DNA from: Cyanophora paradoxa CCMP329
Lineage: Eukaryota > Plantae > Glaucophyta
DNA length: 64,000 bases
Assembly (NCBI GenBank): GCA_004431415.1
Contig: QPMI01000167.1
Coordinates: forward strand, 62,001 to 126,000
Direction of reading: 5' to 3'
In this document: positions 51,417 to 64,000 of the stretch, in pieces
Layout: every line of letters starts with the position of its first letter
Position numbering within the stretch: position 1 is the stretch's first letter
Translations under genes and position numbers: made by a program
Notes under the pieces: generated by a model
What the model was told of the DNA's origin: nothing
The model's input: only the letters and a program-made list of their open reading frames with translations
The model's database searches: none

Positions 51417-52516
51417 GCCGCGTCTGAGACTGAGGGGTCGCGATGCTGCACCACCGGGCCGGCTTCAGCATGTGCGCATGCACCCCCGGCCCCGGGCCTC
51501 CTCCATCTCTCCAGCCAGCTGTACATGGGCGCCACGCGCATGTTCGCTCGTAGTGCTCAGCGGCTGTAGTGCATTTCAGCTGCCTACTAGTACTAAGGTG
51601 TCACAGTCTACGTATACATGTCGGTGGCTTGCAACGTTGATTGCGATCTCGCTCAGCGGCGCGGCGGCGCCGGCTCTCATCATGACATCTCGGGCGCCGG
51701 CGGGGGGGAAGGCGCCGGCGGCTGTGACAGATCTCAGAGTCTAGATCATGCGGCATTCAGCACTCTCCTACCGTAGTACCGTAGCCTAGTAGCCTAGTAG
51801 TACCGACTGGTGATACCCCAGTCTCCCCCCGGGGCCCCCGCGCTGCGGGGCGGAACCGTTGAACTGCTCATGATCAGCGGCTGGCTGCTCCAAGCGCATT
51901 GCTTAATCTTGAATTATAAGCTTGTGCCGCAGTGCCACGGTGCGGCAGCCCTACAGCAACCAAAATTTGATATTGATCTGCGTATGTACAGCCTCGCAGC
52001 CGAAAGCAAACTGTTTTCAAACTGTTCTATATATAGCTATACATGGGTGACATGGCGCGTGGGCTAGCTTCAAGGCTTGGGCGTCCAATGCGCTACTAGG
52101 CCTACTTGCTAGGCCTGAGGCTATACAAGCGGTTTCAATCACGCAGGGCTCCGAGGCTCAGCGGCTGAAGCATGCGCACGACACGCCGTGACGGGGCGGC
52201 ATCAAAACCACGAGCATCTAGCTATAATAACGAATAAAAGAAGAACTTCGGAACAGCTAGCGAACATCATGGCATCACGTGTCACGATTAAATGCATATG
52301 TGATCATGAAGAATAAGTTGCGGGCAATCGCAAAGCTATGGACGATATACATCATTGCGCCACCCGTGACCCTCCTACCACAGAAACTAGACTGTGCAAA
52401 ACTTGGCGGCCTACAGCGGCCCTGAAGCTTAAAACGAGGCCTGGCCCTCGGCGGCCATCGCTACCTGCCTACGTAAACAAGCATCGGGATGACAAGGAGG
52501 CCGACGGCGCTGACGG

Positions 52517-52547
<31 letters not shown>

Positions 52548-52668
52548 CGTCCAGCCGCCCGGCCGCCCGGCGCTCGCCTCGCGTCGGAGGAACCTGCAGC
52601 TAAAAACACGGACGATGGCGGGGAAGGGGCGGGGAGAGGGGGCGGCCGGCGGGGCCGGCGGGGGTGCC

Positions 52669-55600
52669 TCAGGCGGCGGAGAGATCGTCGGCGGTGATGG
52701 CGTAGTAGACGCTCTCGCCTGCGCGGCGGCGTGAGGGCTCGGGGGCGGGGCGGGGCGGGCGGGGCGGGCCGTTGCCGGCGATCTCGTCGATGCGCGAGAC
52801 GGGGCTGTACTTGTCGTTCCAGACCTCGACGACCTCGCGCCCGAACTGCAGCGACGCGTACTTGAGCAGCTGGCCCATCCCCTGCTCCGGCACCGGGATC
52901 GAGACGACGAGCCCCTGCGCGTTCCCCGACACCCGCGCCAGATGCACCTGCTCGCCACCCCGCTCGGGGCGCGCCGGGGAGGGAGGCGGGGGCGGGGCGG
53001 GACCATGGCGGGGGGCGTGCGGGAGGAGGAGCCGCGGGAGGGCCCGGCGGAGTTGGCGCAGAGCGAGGTGCGCCCGAGGGTCTCGTCCTCGCTCGAGCCG
53101 ACGCTCGGCGGCACGCTCGCGCACTCCGCCCGCATCGTCTCCACCCCCTCCCCCCCCGAGAGCGAGGCGCCCTCCGGCAAGGCCCCCGAGGCGGGGCTCA
53201 CGCGCCCGAGCTGCCGCGCCTCGGCCTCCCGGGCCCGCTCGGCCTCCGCGAAGGCGGCGACGACGCCGCGGGAGCCGAGGGCGCCGGCGTGCGCGGCCCC
53301 GTGCGCGTGCATCCGCGGCACCTCGTACGGCGCCGCCCGCCCTCCCCGTGGTGCCGCCGCTGCGCCGGGCCCCAGCTCCCGCCCTGCCCCCCCTTCAGGC
53401 CCCCCGGGGGGAAAAGGAGGGGGCGGGCGCCGGGGGCGAGCGGGGCACCTCGGGGCGCATGCCGATGGCCTGGCCGGGCTCGGGGTAACTCGCCGCGGCG
53501 CGCGCCTCAACCTTGACGGCCTGCGGCGGCCCGCCTCACGCCCGAGACCGAGACCCCCGGGGCTCGCCGGGCCGCCGGGGACCGCCGCACCTGGGCCGAC
53601 GGGGCCACCAGGACGGGCGCAGCGGGCGTCGCCTCCGCCGCCCGCCCCTCGGGGATCGAATGGACGGGCCGCGGGGGCAGGCCGGCCGGCGTGAGCGGCA
53701 GCGGCGTCGGCAGCTCTGCGGCAGACTTCACGGCCCCAGGCGGCGCTCCGCCTGCGGGAGGCGCGCGCGTCAGGAGGCGGCTCGCGGGGGCCGGCGGGGG
53801 GCCGGCGGGCAGGTGCGGTGCGGGACACCTAACGCGAGGGCGGCGGGGAGCGGGACTGGAAGCGGCACGAGCTGACAGGGCTCCTCGAGGAGGGGCGGCG
53901 GGGAGCGCTCCGCGTCAGCGGGGCCGCGCAGGGCGTCGGCGGCCGCGAGCGGAGGCGCTGGGCGGCCGCCCAGAGCATCCCGAAGGCTTCGGCGGCCGCC
54001 TCGCGCGCTCCGGCCCCTCCACCACCGGCACCGACCCGTCCTCCTCCCTGCGCCGGCCTCACGCGGGGGCCGGTGGCGGGCCGGGGCGGAGCGGGGCGCG
54101 GCGCACAGCTCAGGGGCCTCGGCGTCGTGCTCGCTCGCGCGGCGCCCGCTGGCGCGGGGCACGATGTACTGCCGGAAGAGGTCCGAGTCGCTGCGCCCCG
54201 CCCTCTCAGGCCCGGGCGGGGCAGCGGGGGAGGCGGCGGCACCGGTCGCGGAAGCGCTTGCCACAGGGCCGCTCGGAGCCGGAGTGGATGCCGAGGCCGG
54301 AGAACTCGGCGAGGTTGCTGCGGGCGGTGGGCGGGGCGGGGCGGGGCAGGCGGCGGGCGGACGCACGCCGAGGGCGAGCACTCGCTCGGCGAGGTCGCAT
54401 CCGCCTCCGCCCTGCGCCCCCGCCCGCCCCGTCGCCCCCCGCCCCACTCGCCGCGGCGGGGCGGGCGCACCCCGAGGGGGCGATGGAGAGGGCGAGGAAG
54501 GGGGCGCGGCGGGGGGCGGCGGCGCGGCGGAGGGGGCGGCGGGGGGCGTCGGAGGAGCCGTTGGAGGAGGCGACGGAGGCGATGTCGTGCTCCCGCTCCG
54601 CCTCCTCCTCCGAGGAGCCCGTCTCCGAGTCCCCGCCCCGCAGGCTCTCCAGCAGCGCGCCCCCGCCCCGCACCCGCTTCGTCGTCCGCGCTGGCCCCGG
54701 ACCCGCCTCGGCCCCGCGGCCCCGGGAGGCCGGGGGGCGGGGGCGGGGCGGGGCGGACCGGCGCGCTCGGCGAGGCCGGCCTCGGCGGGGAACTCGGGCT
54801 CGAGGCCCGCGTTGATCCGCTCCCGCTTCCGCCGGTAGCACGGCAGGCACATCCCTGCACCCGCCTCGCAGGCGCCCGGCGGCGGCGGGGAGGCAGGCGG
54901 GCACCCTTGGCGTGGTGCTTGGCTTCCTTGTGGGGACAGTTCCACACCTTCATCGCTGCCCGGTTCACCCGCTGCGCCGCCCCCCGCGCCCCGGCGCCGC
55001 CCTCTGCCGCCCCCGCTCAAGCGAGCCGCTGCGCGACGCCGACCTCCTGGGCGCGCACCGGCAACCAAGGCCTGGGCGGAAGCCGACGCGAGCTCAGCGG
55101 CGGCGCTCTCGGTCGGCGGGAGCGTGGAGAGGTTGTGCATCGCCAGGGCCTGCCCCGCGCGCGGCGTTGAGCCTCGCAGGTGCTGCGGACCCCGGAGAGC
55201 CGCGGCGCGCGGACCGTCGGGAAGTCGCGGTCCAGGCCGGCATTGATGCGGTCCCTCGCGTGTCGGTAGCACGGCAGGCACATTCCTGCGGCCGCCTCAG
55301 CCGTGGCGGGGCGGGGCCGGCGCGATGCCGCGTCGCACCCTTGGCGTGGTGCTTGGCGTTCACGTGCGGGCAGCAAATGATCTTGCCGAGGCGCACGCGG
55401 CGGGGCGTGCCCGAGCCGGCCCCCCGCGACGGCACGAACTCGTCGTCCTCCTTGCCTGCCGCCGCACTGAGGCCCCGTCCGACACCCCCGCCGACCAAGC
55501 ACGCGGCGAACCTTCGCCCCCGCTCTCCGAGTGGCCCGAGTCGTCGGCGTCGGCGGCACTGCGGTACTCGGCCGAGGCAACGTGGTGCTGCGTCGCCGCC

Positions 55601-56938
55601 GCGGCGGGGTGCGCGCCGCCCTGCCGCCCACGCCGCGCCGTGTCCCTCTCGAGGCCGGCGTTGACGCGGTCGCGGAAGCGCCGGTAGCACGGGAGGCACA
55701 TGCCTGCGGGTGAGCAGAGTCGAGGGGAGGGAGGTTGCTCGGAGGGTGCCGGCGAGGCGGCCGGGGACGCACCCTTGGCGTGGTGGCGGGCGTCCGTGTG
55801 CGGGCAGTTCGTGATGGGGGTGATCTCCCGGTGCACCGTGCGGCGCGCGCGGGCCCCTGGAGCCGCCGCGTGCTCGTCGCCTGCGAGGCCGCGCGAATCA
55901 AATCCTTTGAGGTTCACGAGGGCGGCTGCCCGCGAACCGGAGGAGGCGTTGCCGGATTCCCAGTCGCCGCTCTCGGCGCCGGAGAAGCGGGACTCGACGA
56001 GGAACGGGTTGGGGGAGAGCTGCCTGATCTCGTGGGTCCCGCTGATCTCGACGGACGTCGCGCCGAGCTCCGCCGCCTCGTTAGATGCCGTCTGGAGCAT
56101 CCGGTGGCCCCGTGACGACATCGTGCACCCGCTGCCGCAGCGAGCACGTCAGGCCGAAAGAGGAAAAAACAAAAAAAGTTCGAGAGACATTCAACAAAAA
56201 TCAAGAGGATAGCGTACCTGGCCACCAAGCTGTGCAAGGCGCATTGTGGCTCGCGGATCAACCGAACGAGAGAATCGCAGGCGTCGTCGGAGAGCTTGAC
56301 GTTGTGCAGCTTCATCGTCCGCACGTTCGAGCACGCGTCAAACACGCGATGCAGAAGGGACACCGCCGATCGTCGCTTCAGCACGTTGTCGACGAAGTCG
56401 GAGTCCGAGATGTGGAGGTCCACGATGGCGGACGCCGCGAGGGTCGACTCGAAAGCGTGAGCGTTGGCTCCCGCCGAGATAAGGCACTTGGATAGAATCA
56501 GGCCCGTGATATGCGGAGAGGCCGAGATGGTGGTCACATGCTCCACGTCCAGAGTTGTGTCGCTGAGTTTGAGCGCGCGCAAGGTCTCCATGCGCCCTAT
56601 CGCGCTGGCAAGGTCACCCATGCTGTCACTGAGCGAAGCAGGCAAATCCAGCTCTGCGCGCGACCGGGAACACCGATCGTCGGAAGAGCAGTGCGACGTC
56701 GGGGGGGCGTCGGGGGCGACGCGTACGCACCCAGATAAGCGATCTGGGACCTTAACAGAAGCAGGCACAGTTGCGGAACGCACTCCCGGGGGACACACCC
56801 CTTGTCCCCAAAACACAGACGGACTCCTGGGGCGGAAATGGGCAATATCCTACTTTGTAGAGCTTTCATGGTCGCTGACGACACCGAGATGATCTCCCCG
56901 ATGCTGGCACTGCCCAGGGAGAACCCCCGAGCGGCCAT
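52669..56938 (-). CDS. LRR (RNI-like) protein with three CPH..HHAKGMC..CY repeats and a C-terminal KHA/ubiquitin-like domain
   Basis: LRALKLSDTTL, ITGLILSKCLI, VRTMKLHNVKL; three Cys/His repeats; GLVVSIP..LLKYASLQFG..RIDEI..GESVY. Confidence 0.65.
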
Positions 56939-57320
56939 CGCGATCTCTCACGTATAAAACGGCACGATCCTTGCTCGCTGGAGGGCGCCCGACGATCCTT
57001 GTTCGCTCGAGGCGTCCGACGTCGGAAGGATTCTACTGCTGGTCCCGGCGTCGCTGCTTCTCAGGCGGCTTCAGATCTTTCTGCGTACCCCCTCGAACCG
57101 AAGCCAGGAAGCCTCGCCGCCGGCGCGATCGGAAGCGTACGTGCTCGATCATCGGATGCGCGATCCGCAGCTCCTCGCCCGGCCCAGCGGCCGGGTCGCG
57201 CTTTAATTTGATTACGACTTTACAATTTTCAGCGGCATAGCTAGTACTAGTGCATTTACATAGTGCTGGCCAGCCCCGGGCACATGCATATGGCACCCCG
57301 GCTTGTGCAATACATTACAT

Positions 57321-57480
57321 GGCACCCCGCGCTGCAGCCCCGGCCCCACCGCCGACGACGGCCGCGGGCCGAGCCCGGGGCCCGGGGTGGAGCGGCCGCG
57401 CCGGGCCGGGGACGGGGGTGGAGCGGCCGGGGACGCGTACGTATACGTATACGGGCCGGGGGCCCGGGTGGAGCGGCCGG
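57321..57480. repeat. Duplicated fragment of GLTP-gene sequence (63656-63772)
   Basis: GGCACCCCGCGCTGCAGCCC...GGGGTGGAGCGGCCG repeats shared. Confidence 0.85.
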
Positions 57481-57552
57481 CGGGGCGGATCCGGAGGGCC
57501 CCAGGGCCCGAAAAGGTAGACCACTCATTGCCTCGTGGGCGTGGTTGGCCAT

Positions 57553-60500
57553 GGGGAGGATATCGTGTGAGGCCACTAGGGGTGCAAAAACGGCCGACTT
57601 TTGAAACTTTTTAAAAACCATGCCAAACATGTCGGGAGACCCTCCCGACACCCCCGGGCCCTGTGCACGCTCGCTTTTTTTTGAAATTATCGAAATATCG
57701 ATATCAGCCTTTTCCGGGCATTATCTGGGGGGGGGAGGAACCAGAACCGAACTTGGCGGATTCGAACCGGGCTAAAAGTTCGGCGACCGCCGGCGAGGCA
57801 GCCAGCGCACAGGCGGGCCAGCGGCGACCAGGAGCGTAGTGCTGCAGGCAGTAGGCTGCTTGATGTTGCCTCGTTGGGCGCCCACGCCACCGATTGTGCG
57901 AAGCACAGATCCGCCAGGTCCGCCGAAGCTCGCAATAGGCAACCGCGATGTTAGAGCTATAGCACCTATCGATAAGTAGCGTTTGCTCAACCTCTCGCTC
58001 TCCGGCAACATCTAGTATTCTATGGGCACTGATTCGATCAGGGCCCTCCGCCTACTTGGTCGAGCTGCGGCGCGGTTTCCCGGAATCCACCTATAGAACA
58101 GTGGAGCAGGTAGCTAGACATAGCTATTGCCGGACTGGAGACCCTCGAAGTTTAGGCTCCGGCCGGGAAACTGGCGCCCATCGCTCTCCCGTGCGCGAGC
58201 CAAGGTCCGCCGCGGCCTAACGCAGCCGCGGAGGACCCGGGAGGCTGCAGAGGTGCTCATATCTAACATGCATGGCCTATTCGTGCAGTCTAAGCCCCAC
58301 GCGCAGGTCCTTCGCGCGAGACTTGATCCGAGCGCAGCCACGCCGCAGCGGAGGAGCGCAGCCCAACCACGCCGCAGCGGAGGAGGCTCATGACTAACAC
58401 GAACATCTCGGAACGGTGCGTGTCGAAGCCCCGCGCCGCCGCGCTCGCGCGCCCCGGTCTAACTGGATCCAACCCCGGCCCGCCTCTCGCAGTCCTCGAG
58501 TCGCCATGGCATCTTTCGCCGCCTCCGAGGTCGCGCATCGCTTGCGTGTATCGCTTATGTCCCGCCAAGCCCCCGCTTCGTGGCCCGCCGCGCCCCAGGC
58601 AGATGCGCTCTCGTGTGCAATCAAGCATGTCATGCGGTTCCAGATGGCATGGCTGCGACGGCGGGGCGGTGCGGGCTGAGATGCCTAGGGCCACGAGACA
58701 CATCTATAGCTCGCGCAGAGCGCGCGTGCGGGCAGCGGCACGCGCCCCCGCCGCCAGCGGCACCTGCTCCAGAGGGCCTGGGGGCACCTGGGCGATTCGA
58801 TTCCGCTGCGAACTGCGAGGGCGCGACGGGCCGCCGCGAGCGCGAATCAACGCTCGCCTTGATAGAGCTTGTGTGGACGCAGCGTGGCCCTGGCGCCCGC
58901 CTCCGCAGAATGAATCCGCAGCGGAGATCGCCGGCTCCTCCAGAAGGCTTGGGGTGGGGGCACCTTCGCGATTTGATTTCGCTCCGCACAGCGAGGGTTC
59001 GCTGGGCCGCCGCTAACGCAGATCGATGCACACCTCGGTAGAGCATGTGCAGATGCATCGCGGCCCGGAGGGGTGCATCCTTAGCGGATATCGCCTGCCC
59101 CTGCACATGCCGTGTACCTGTGTACGTATGTGCGCACACCTGGACGATTTGATCTCGCTTCAAAGGCTCCGCACCGCGAGGGCTCGCAGGGCCGCCGTAG
59201 CGCGATTCGGTGAGCGCATGAATAGAGCTTGCGCGTGTGCAGCGCGGCCCTGGCGCGCGCTTCCCCAGCAGAGATTGCTCATGAGTTCCAGTGAGCCAGT
59301 GAGTTCCTGGGCGACCGGCTGGCCCCAGCAGGCGCTCTTTGAGCCAGAATCATTATCACATGTAGCTATATCACTGCACCAAGATACAGGGTGATCCGAA
59401 GTGTTTTTGGGCCGGACCGGTCTCTTGAATTTTACTCGTAGGACCCTCTCTCAGAGTCTGGGACTTTTCAGTTTTCAAGTTCCAAAATGCCACCCTGCCA
59501 GGCTGACCTGCTCATGATGCCTGATTGAAGCATCAACTCACTCAGCAACGATGATTTCACGTCCCTGGGGGTTTTCGAGGGTGCTGAAGACGCTGGTGGT
59601 GGTACCGAGGGCCGCCGATCAAAGCCTGGGCCCGTATTCAAGAACTACTGGAAATTGGGGGCCCAGATGCCTCCTGAGTGATTCTCGCGCGCCCAGTCGC
59701 ATGCAGCGCTCAGGGCGCAGAACACAAGTCATTTACATGCTTTTGAAACAAAATATAGGCTTGATAGAGCGCTCGCGAGCCTCTGAGGCGAGAAAGCGAA
59801 GCTCCACTAAGCTACGTGGCTAAGCTGCGGCGTCGGCTGCATCGCGGCCTCGTCCCCTCGCGTCCGAGGCGCTCGGGGGCGGCCCGGCGCGGGCCCCTGC
59901 GGCGGGGCGCGCGGCGGGCGGGCGGGGGAGCGCGGGCGGGGCTGCACTGGCGGGCTCGGCGGCGGCGGAGGGCGTCGGCGGGGTCGCGGCCTCGTCCCCT
60001 CGCGTCCGAGGCGCTCGGGGGCGGCCCGGCGCGGGCCCTGCGGCGGGGCGCGCGGCGGGCGGGCGGGGGCGCGGGCGGGGCTGCACGGGCGGGCTCGGCG
60101 GCGGCGGAGGGCGTCGGCGGGGTCGCGGCCTCGTCCCCTCGCGTCCGAGGCGCTCGGGGCGGCCCGGCGCGGGCCCCTGCGGCGGGGCGCGCGGCGGGCG
60201 GGCGGGGGAGCGCGGGCGGGGCTGCACGGGCGGGCTCGGCGGCGGCGGAGGGCGTCGGCGGGGTCGCGGCCTCGTCCCCTCGCGTCCGAGGCGCTCGGGG
60301 CGGCCCGGCGCGGGCCCCTGCGGCGGGGCGCGCGGCGGGCGGGCGGGGAGCGCGGGCGGGGCTGCACGGGCGGGCTCGGCGGCGGCGGAGGGCGTCGGCG
60401 GGGTCGCGGCCTCGTCCCTCGCGTCCGAGGCGCTCGGGGCGGCCCGGCGCGGGCCCCTGCGGCGGGGCGCGCGGCGGGCGGGCGGGGGAGCGCGGGCGGG

Positions 60501-61545
60501 GCTGCACGGGCGGGCTCGGCGGCGGCGGAGGGCGTCGGCGGGGTCGCGGCCTCGTCCCCTCGCGTCCGAGGCGCTCGGGGCGGCCCGGCGCGGGCCCCTG
60601 CGGCGGGGCGCGCGGCGGGCGGGCGGGGAGCGCGGGCGGGGCTGCACGGGCGGGCTCGGCGGCGGCGGAGGGCGTCGGCGGGGTCGCGGCCTCGTCCCCT
60701 CGCGTCCGAGGCGCTCGGGGCGGCCCGGCGCGGGCCCTGCGGCGGGGCGCGCGGCGGGCGGGCGGGGGGCGCGGGCGGGGCTGCACGGGCGGGCTCGGCG
60801 TCCACTGGCGGCGCCGCGGACAGCGGCGTGTCGCGCCAGCGAGGGCGGACTTGTTCTGCGAGAGCATGATGCACGGTGGACAGCGGCGCGCCGCGCCAGC
60901 GAGTGCGGACGTGTTCTGCGAGCGCAAACTATGCTCTTAGTTGTGCGGAACGCTGCTCTGGGTGCCGGCGTCGCACCGAGCTCGCCCCCGCGAAGCGCCC
61001 CGCGCTCTCCCGAGGACACTGCGGCCGCGGTCAGCGGAGGTGCCGCCAGCGGACCGCAAACGCATGTTGGGCATTGTATAGGCGCAGAAGCATGTATGTG
61101 GCACCTTCGGAAGCGATACAGCGGCACCGGGAGCGACGGATCGCCCGCAGTCACCGAAGCCGCGCAGGTCGGCCGTTCGCAAGGCGCGGAGCGTCCGCGG
61201 TGCTGGCTGTAGCTAGCTACGTGCCGGCTGGAACATATAGGACGTGCTGCCAGCGGCCAGACTAGGCCAGGCTCGCCGCGCGGGGCGTGCGACCGCGCGG
61301 AAGGCAGGGTGTCAGGTTGGTCGGCGGCGCGGGCGCCGGGGAGCTAGCCAGCACGCCCAGCTACACGCCTAGTGCTTCCGATACGTGCCCTGCGCTCTCC
61401 TGGCGCGGCGCTGCTACAGTCCGGGCCAGCTGCTTAACAGTTCCTGTACGCCCCCCGAGTAGCTCGGTTTCGCCGCAGGATAATGGATTTCCGAGTCGGC
61501 CATTTTGGGGTATACAAGGGCCTCACACGTATCTCTTCACTCCCC
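57553..61545. mobile_element. Putative non-autonomous DNA transposon (about 4 kb) with imperfect TIRs
   Basis: Left GGGGAGGATATCGTGTGAGGCC..AAAACGGCCGACT versus right AGTCGGCCATTTT..GGCCTCACACGTATC..CTCCCC; gene-free interior; no TSD seen. Confidence 0.55.
59842..60800. repeat. Tandem repeat, about 6.8 copies of a 139-142 bp GC-rich unit
   Basis: TCGCGGCCTCGTCC starts at 59842, 59984, 60123, 60264, 60404, 60544, 60684. Confidence 0.95.
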
Positions 61546-61810
61546 GTGCGTACGCGCGCGTACGCCGCGCAGGTCTCCTCCAGCTTCGCTTCCGCGCATG
61601 AGCCCGTCGAATTCGAAGCAGCGCCGCGGCAACCCTGGCGCTCCCGTAGCAGCGTGAGCTCGAGCCTCTCCCCCGCGCGCGCATTAATATTCCCGTGCGC
61701 GCGCGTAATATTCCTGATCATGACCTCGTCGCGCGCGCGCGCCCGAATTTCGAATTCGCAGCTCGGGCCGCGCTCAGCAGCGCTTCGAGTTCATGATCAG
61801 CAGCGCGCCA

Positions 61811-62222
61811 CCTCCCGTGGCGCCGTGTCGGGTGCGAAGTTTTAATTTGTTTTGATCTAGAGATCAAATCCTGCATGCCTGCAGCTGTGATCGTGCACGT
61901 GACCTGACATTGCCGCCTTGCGCATGCGCAGGCTCCCCGGCCCCCCGCGGGCACCTTCCGCCCGCGGCGGGCCGTCGCCTCCCGATCCACCGGTGCTGCA
62001 ATCTTCGGCACTCCACCTAGGTGCCGGGGGGGGAGTACTCCCTCCCTCAAGGGGGCCTTTCCGTGCTCGGCCGACCGAAGCTGCTCCGGCGGTGGATGGC
62101 GGGCCCGGGGCTGGGCGCCCCTCGTGGTCCAATCCCACGAACTGGAGCCCCAAAGTTGAGATCCGTCTAGCTCGTAGACGTTCTGTCTGCAGCCTGCATG
62201 TTTAATTTCTCGAAGTACACTG
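61811..62222. repeat. Dispersed non-coding repeat, copy B (degenerate fourth piece at about 62513-62690)
   Basis: High similarity to 37924-38366. Confidence 0.9.
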
Positions 62223-62975
62223 ACTTCGCCTCCAGCTTCGAATTCTTTGTCCCCGCGCGCGCGCGCGCGCGCTAGCGCTGATCATGAATCATTGAATACG
62301 AATTCGAATTGAACTACTACTACAAGGCCTGGTTCAACGGTTCAACGGTTGCAGTTGAATCGAAGCAGCTCCGCGGCCGGCGGCCGCCGGGCCGCGGCCC
62401 GGCCCGAGCCCTTAAGCTTAGCTTGCAATCAATATTGGCGCTCCAGAGGCTTGCCAATTACAATTGGCGTTGCAATTGTCGCATGCGCGCGCACTAGTAC
62501 TAGTGCGGCGCTGGATGGCGGGCTCAGCGGCTAGCGCTAGCGCTGGGCGCGAGGCGTTAACGTTGGCCATGGTTGCATCCCGGGATCTGATCCTGGAGTC
62601 CCACGGACTGGAGCCCCATCGACGAGATCCGTCTATATCTAGCTTTAGGCCCTGAGGTGTTCTCAGCCTGCAGCTGTATATTTAATTTCTCGGAGAGGAC
62701 ATGTCATGGTAACGGGAAGGCTTCCAGCCTGGCAGTTCGGGATCCAGCTGCATGCGCGCATGCGCAGGGCCAGGCGCCGGCAAGGCAGAGTACTCAGTGA
62801 CTGGATCCGGAGCATGTGCAACAGTGCAAGTGGGCTACACCGACTCGCGATCGATATCGATGGCCCTAGGCCTTTCTGGGTTCACAATCAAAATCAAACA
62901 TGGCCTTGCGAAAAAAGAAGCGCGGAAAAAGCAGCATTTAAAAAGGGTGGAGGGTTGGAAGCGGGCGGGGGGTGC

Positions 62976-64000
62976 TCATCCGCAGCGTCGCTCGACGGAG
63001 CGGACGGCCTCGATGATGGGCGGGGCGGTCTGGGCGATGCTGCGGGGCGGTCGGGCGGGGAAAGGGTGGAGGGGGGGGGGGGGGGGGGGGGGCCGGGGCG
63101 GGGCCGGGCGGGGCGGACCTGCGCATGCAGGCGAGGACCTCGGGGCCGGTCATGCCGATGGAGGCCACGAAGAACGAGCGCTCCGGCATCCTGCCGCCCC
63201 GTCAGCCCGCCCTCCCCCCGCCCCCGCCCCCGCCCCGCCCTCGCCCCGCCCCCACGCCCACCCCCACCCCCGCGCACCCCGTCATCATGAGGCCGGTCGC
63301 CTGGGCAGGCGGGGTGTCGGGGGCAGGCGGGGCGCGGGGGCGGGGGCGGGTGGGGCGGGCGGGGGGGGACCTTGCGCATGAGGAAGTTGTGGTGGTGGTG
63401 GAGGGAGCGGCGGTAGGCGGCGCGGGCGACGTCGGCGAGGTTCTCGCGCGACTCGTCCAGGTACTCCCCGCAGAAGCAGATCAAGAAGTCCAGCAGCCGC
63501 CCCACCGCCACCTGCGCCCCCGAGCTCCACACCCGACCCCGCCCCGCCCCGCCCCGCCCCCCGGCGCCCCGCGCACCACCGCCGACGTCCCCCGGGCGTT
63601 GCGGCGGAAGGCGCGGCGGCCCGAGGCCTCCCAGCGCGCCATTCCCTGCACCGTCGGCACCCCGCGCTGCAGCCCGGCCCACCGCCGACGACGGCCGCGG
63701 GCCGAGCCCGGGCCCGGGGTGGAGCGGCCGGGACGGGGGTGGAGCGGCCGGGGACGGGGTGGAGCGGCCGGGCGGCGCGGGGGCTCGGAGGGGGCGGAGG
63801 CGGAGGAGGAGGCGGCGTCGTCGTCGGGTCGGAGGCGGCGTCAGAGCCGAAGAGGAGGTCCCAGAGGGCCAGCACGCACGCCGCCCCTCCCCGCGCCCCG
63901 CGCCCCCTTCCCTCCTCCCCCTCGCCCCGTCCCAGCAGCACTCCACGCCCCCGCCCCGCCGCGGCGTCCGCGCCACCGCCGCCGTCAGCGACCCGAAGTG
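62976..64000 (-). CDS. Glycolipid transfer protein (GLTP)-domain protein, 5' partial
   Basis: VGRLLDFLICF..LADVARAAYRRSLHHHHNFLMRK..MPERSFFVASI. Confidence 0.7.

Noticed and set aside
59807-61154. Repetitive 350-440 aa ORFs over the tandem array
   Set aside because: Unit length varies 139-142 bp and shifts frame; a non-coding satellite is more likely

Overview
Gene-dense, very GC-rich eukaryotic nuclear DNA with many short (about 50-80 nt) spliceosomal introns, so most long ORFs in the six-frame track are GC artefacts. A MAF-type plastid transit peptide on a cyanobacterial-type DUF4079 gene, together with flagellar CFAP91, suggests a flagellated alga, most likely a glaucophyte such as Cyanophora (inference). 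About 24 spliced genes could be reconstructed by eye, including MnmE/GTPBP3, VPS54, AIDA, CFAP91, TMEM234, three J-proteins, a USP, a Cid1-like nucleotidyltransferase, a CPBP protease, DUF1749 and a GLTP. Top finding: an 808-nt VPS54 intron is built of four abutting intron units joined by CAG|GT with no exon between them. Each unit carries one paralogous box C/D snoRNA at near-constant spacing, which suggests recursive (zero-length exon) splicing to release snoRNAs. Other notable findings are an intron-containing Fanzor/TnpB 3' remnant with a C-terminal NLS and a candidate omegaRNA separated from it by a TA-flanked MITE, frequent GC-AG introns, palindrome-generating micro-insertions, and locally copied gene fragments. 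All calls come from manual reading and motif recall; no database searches were run.
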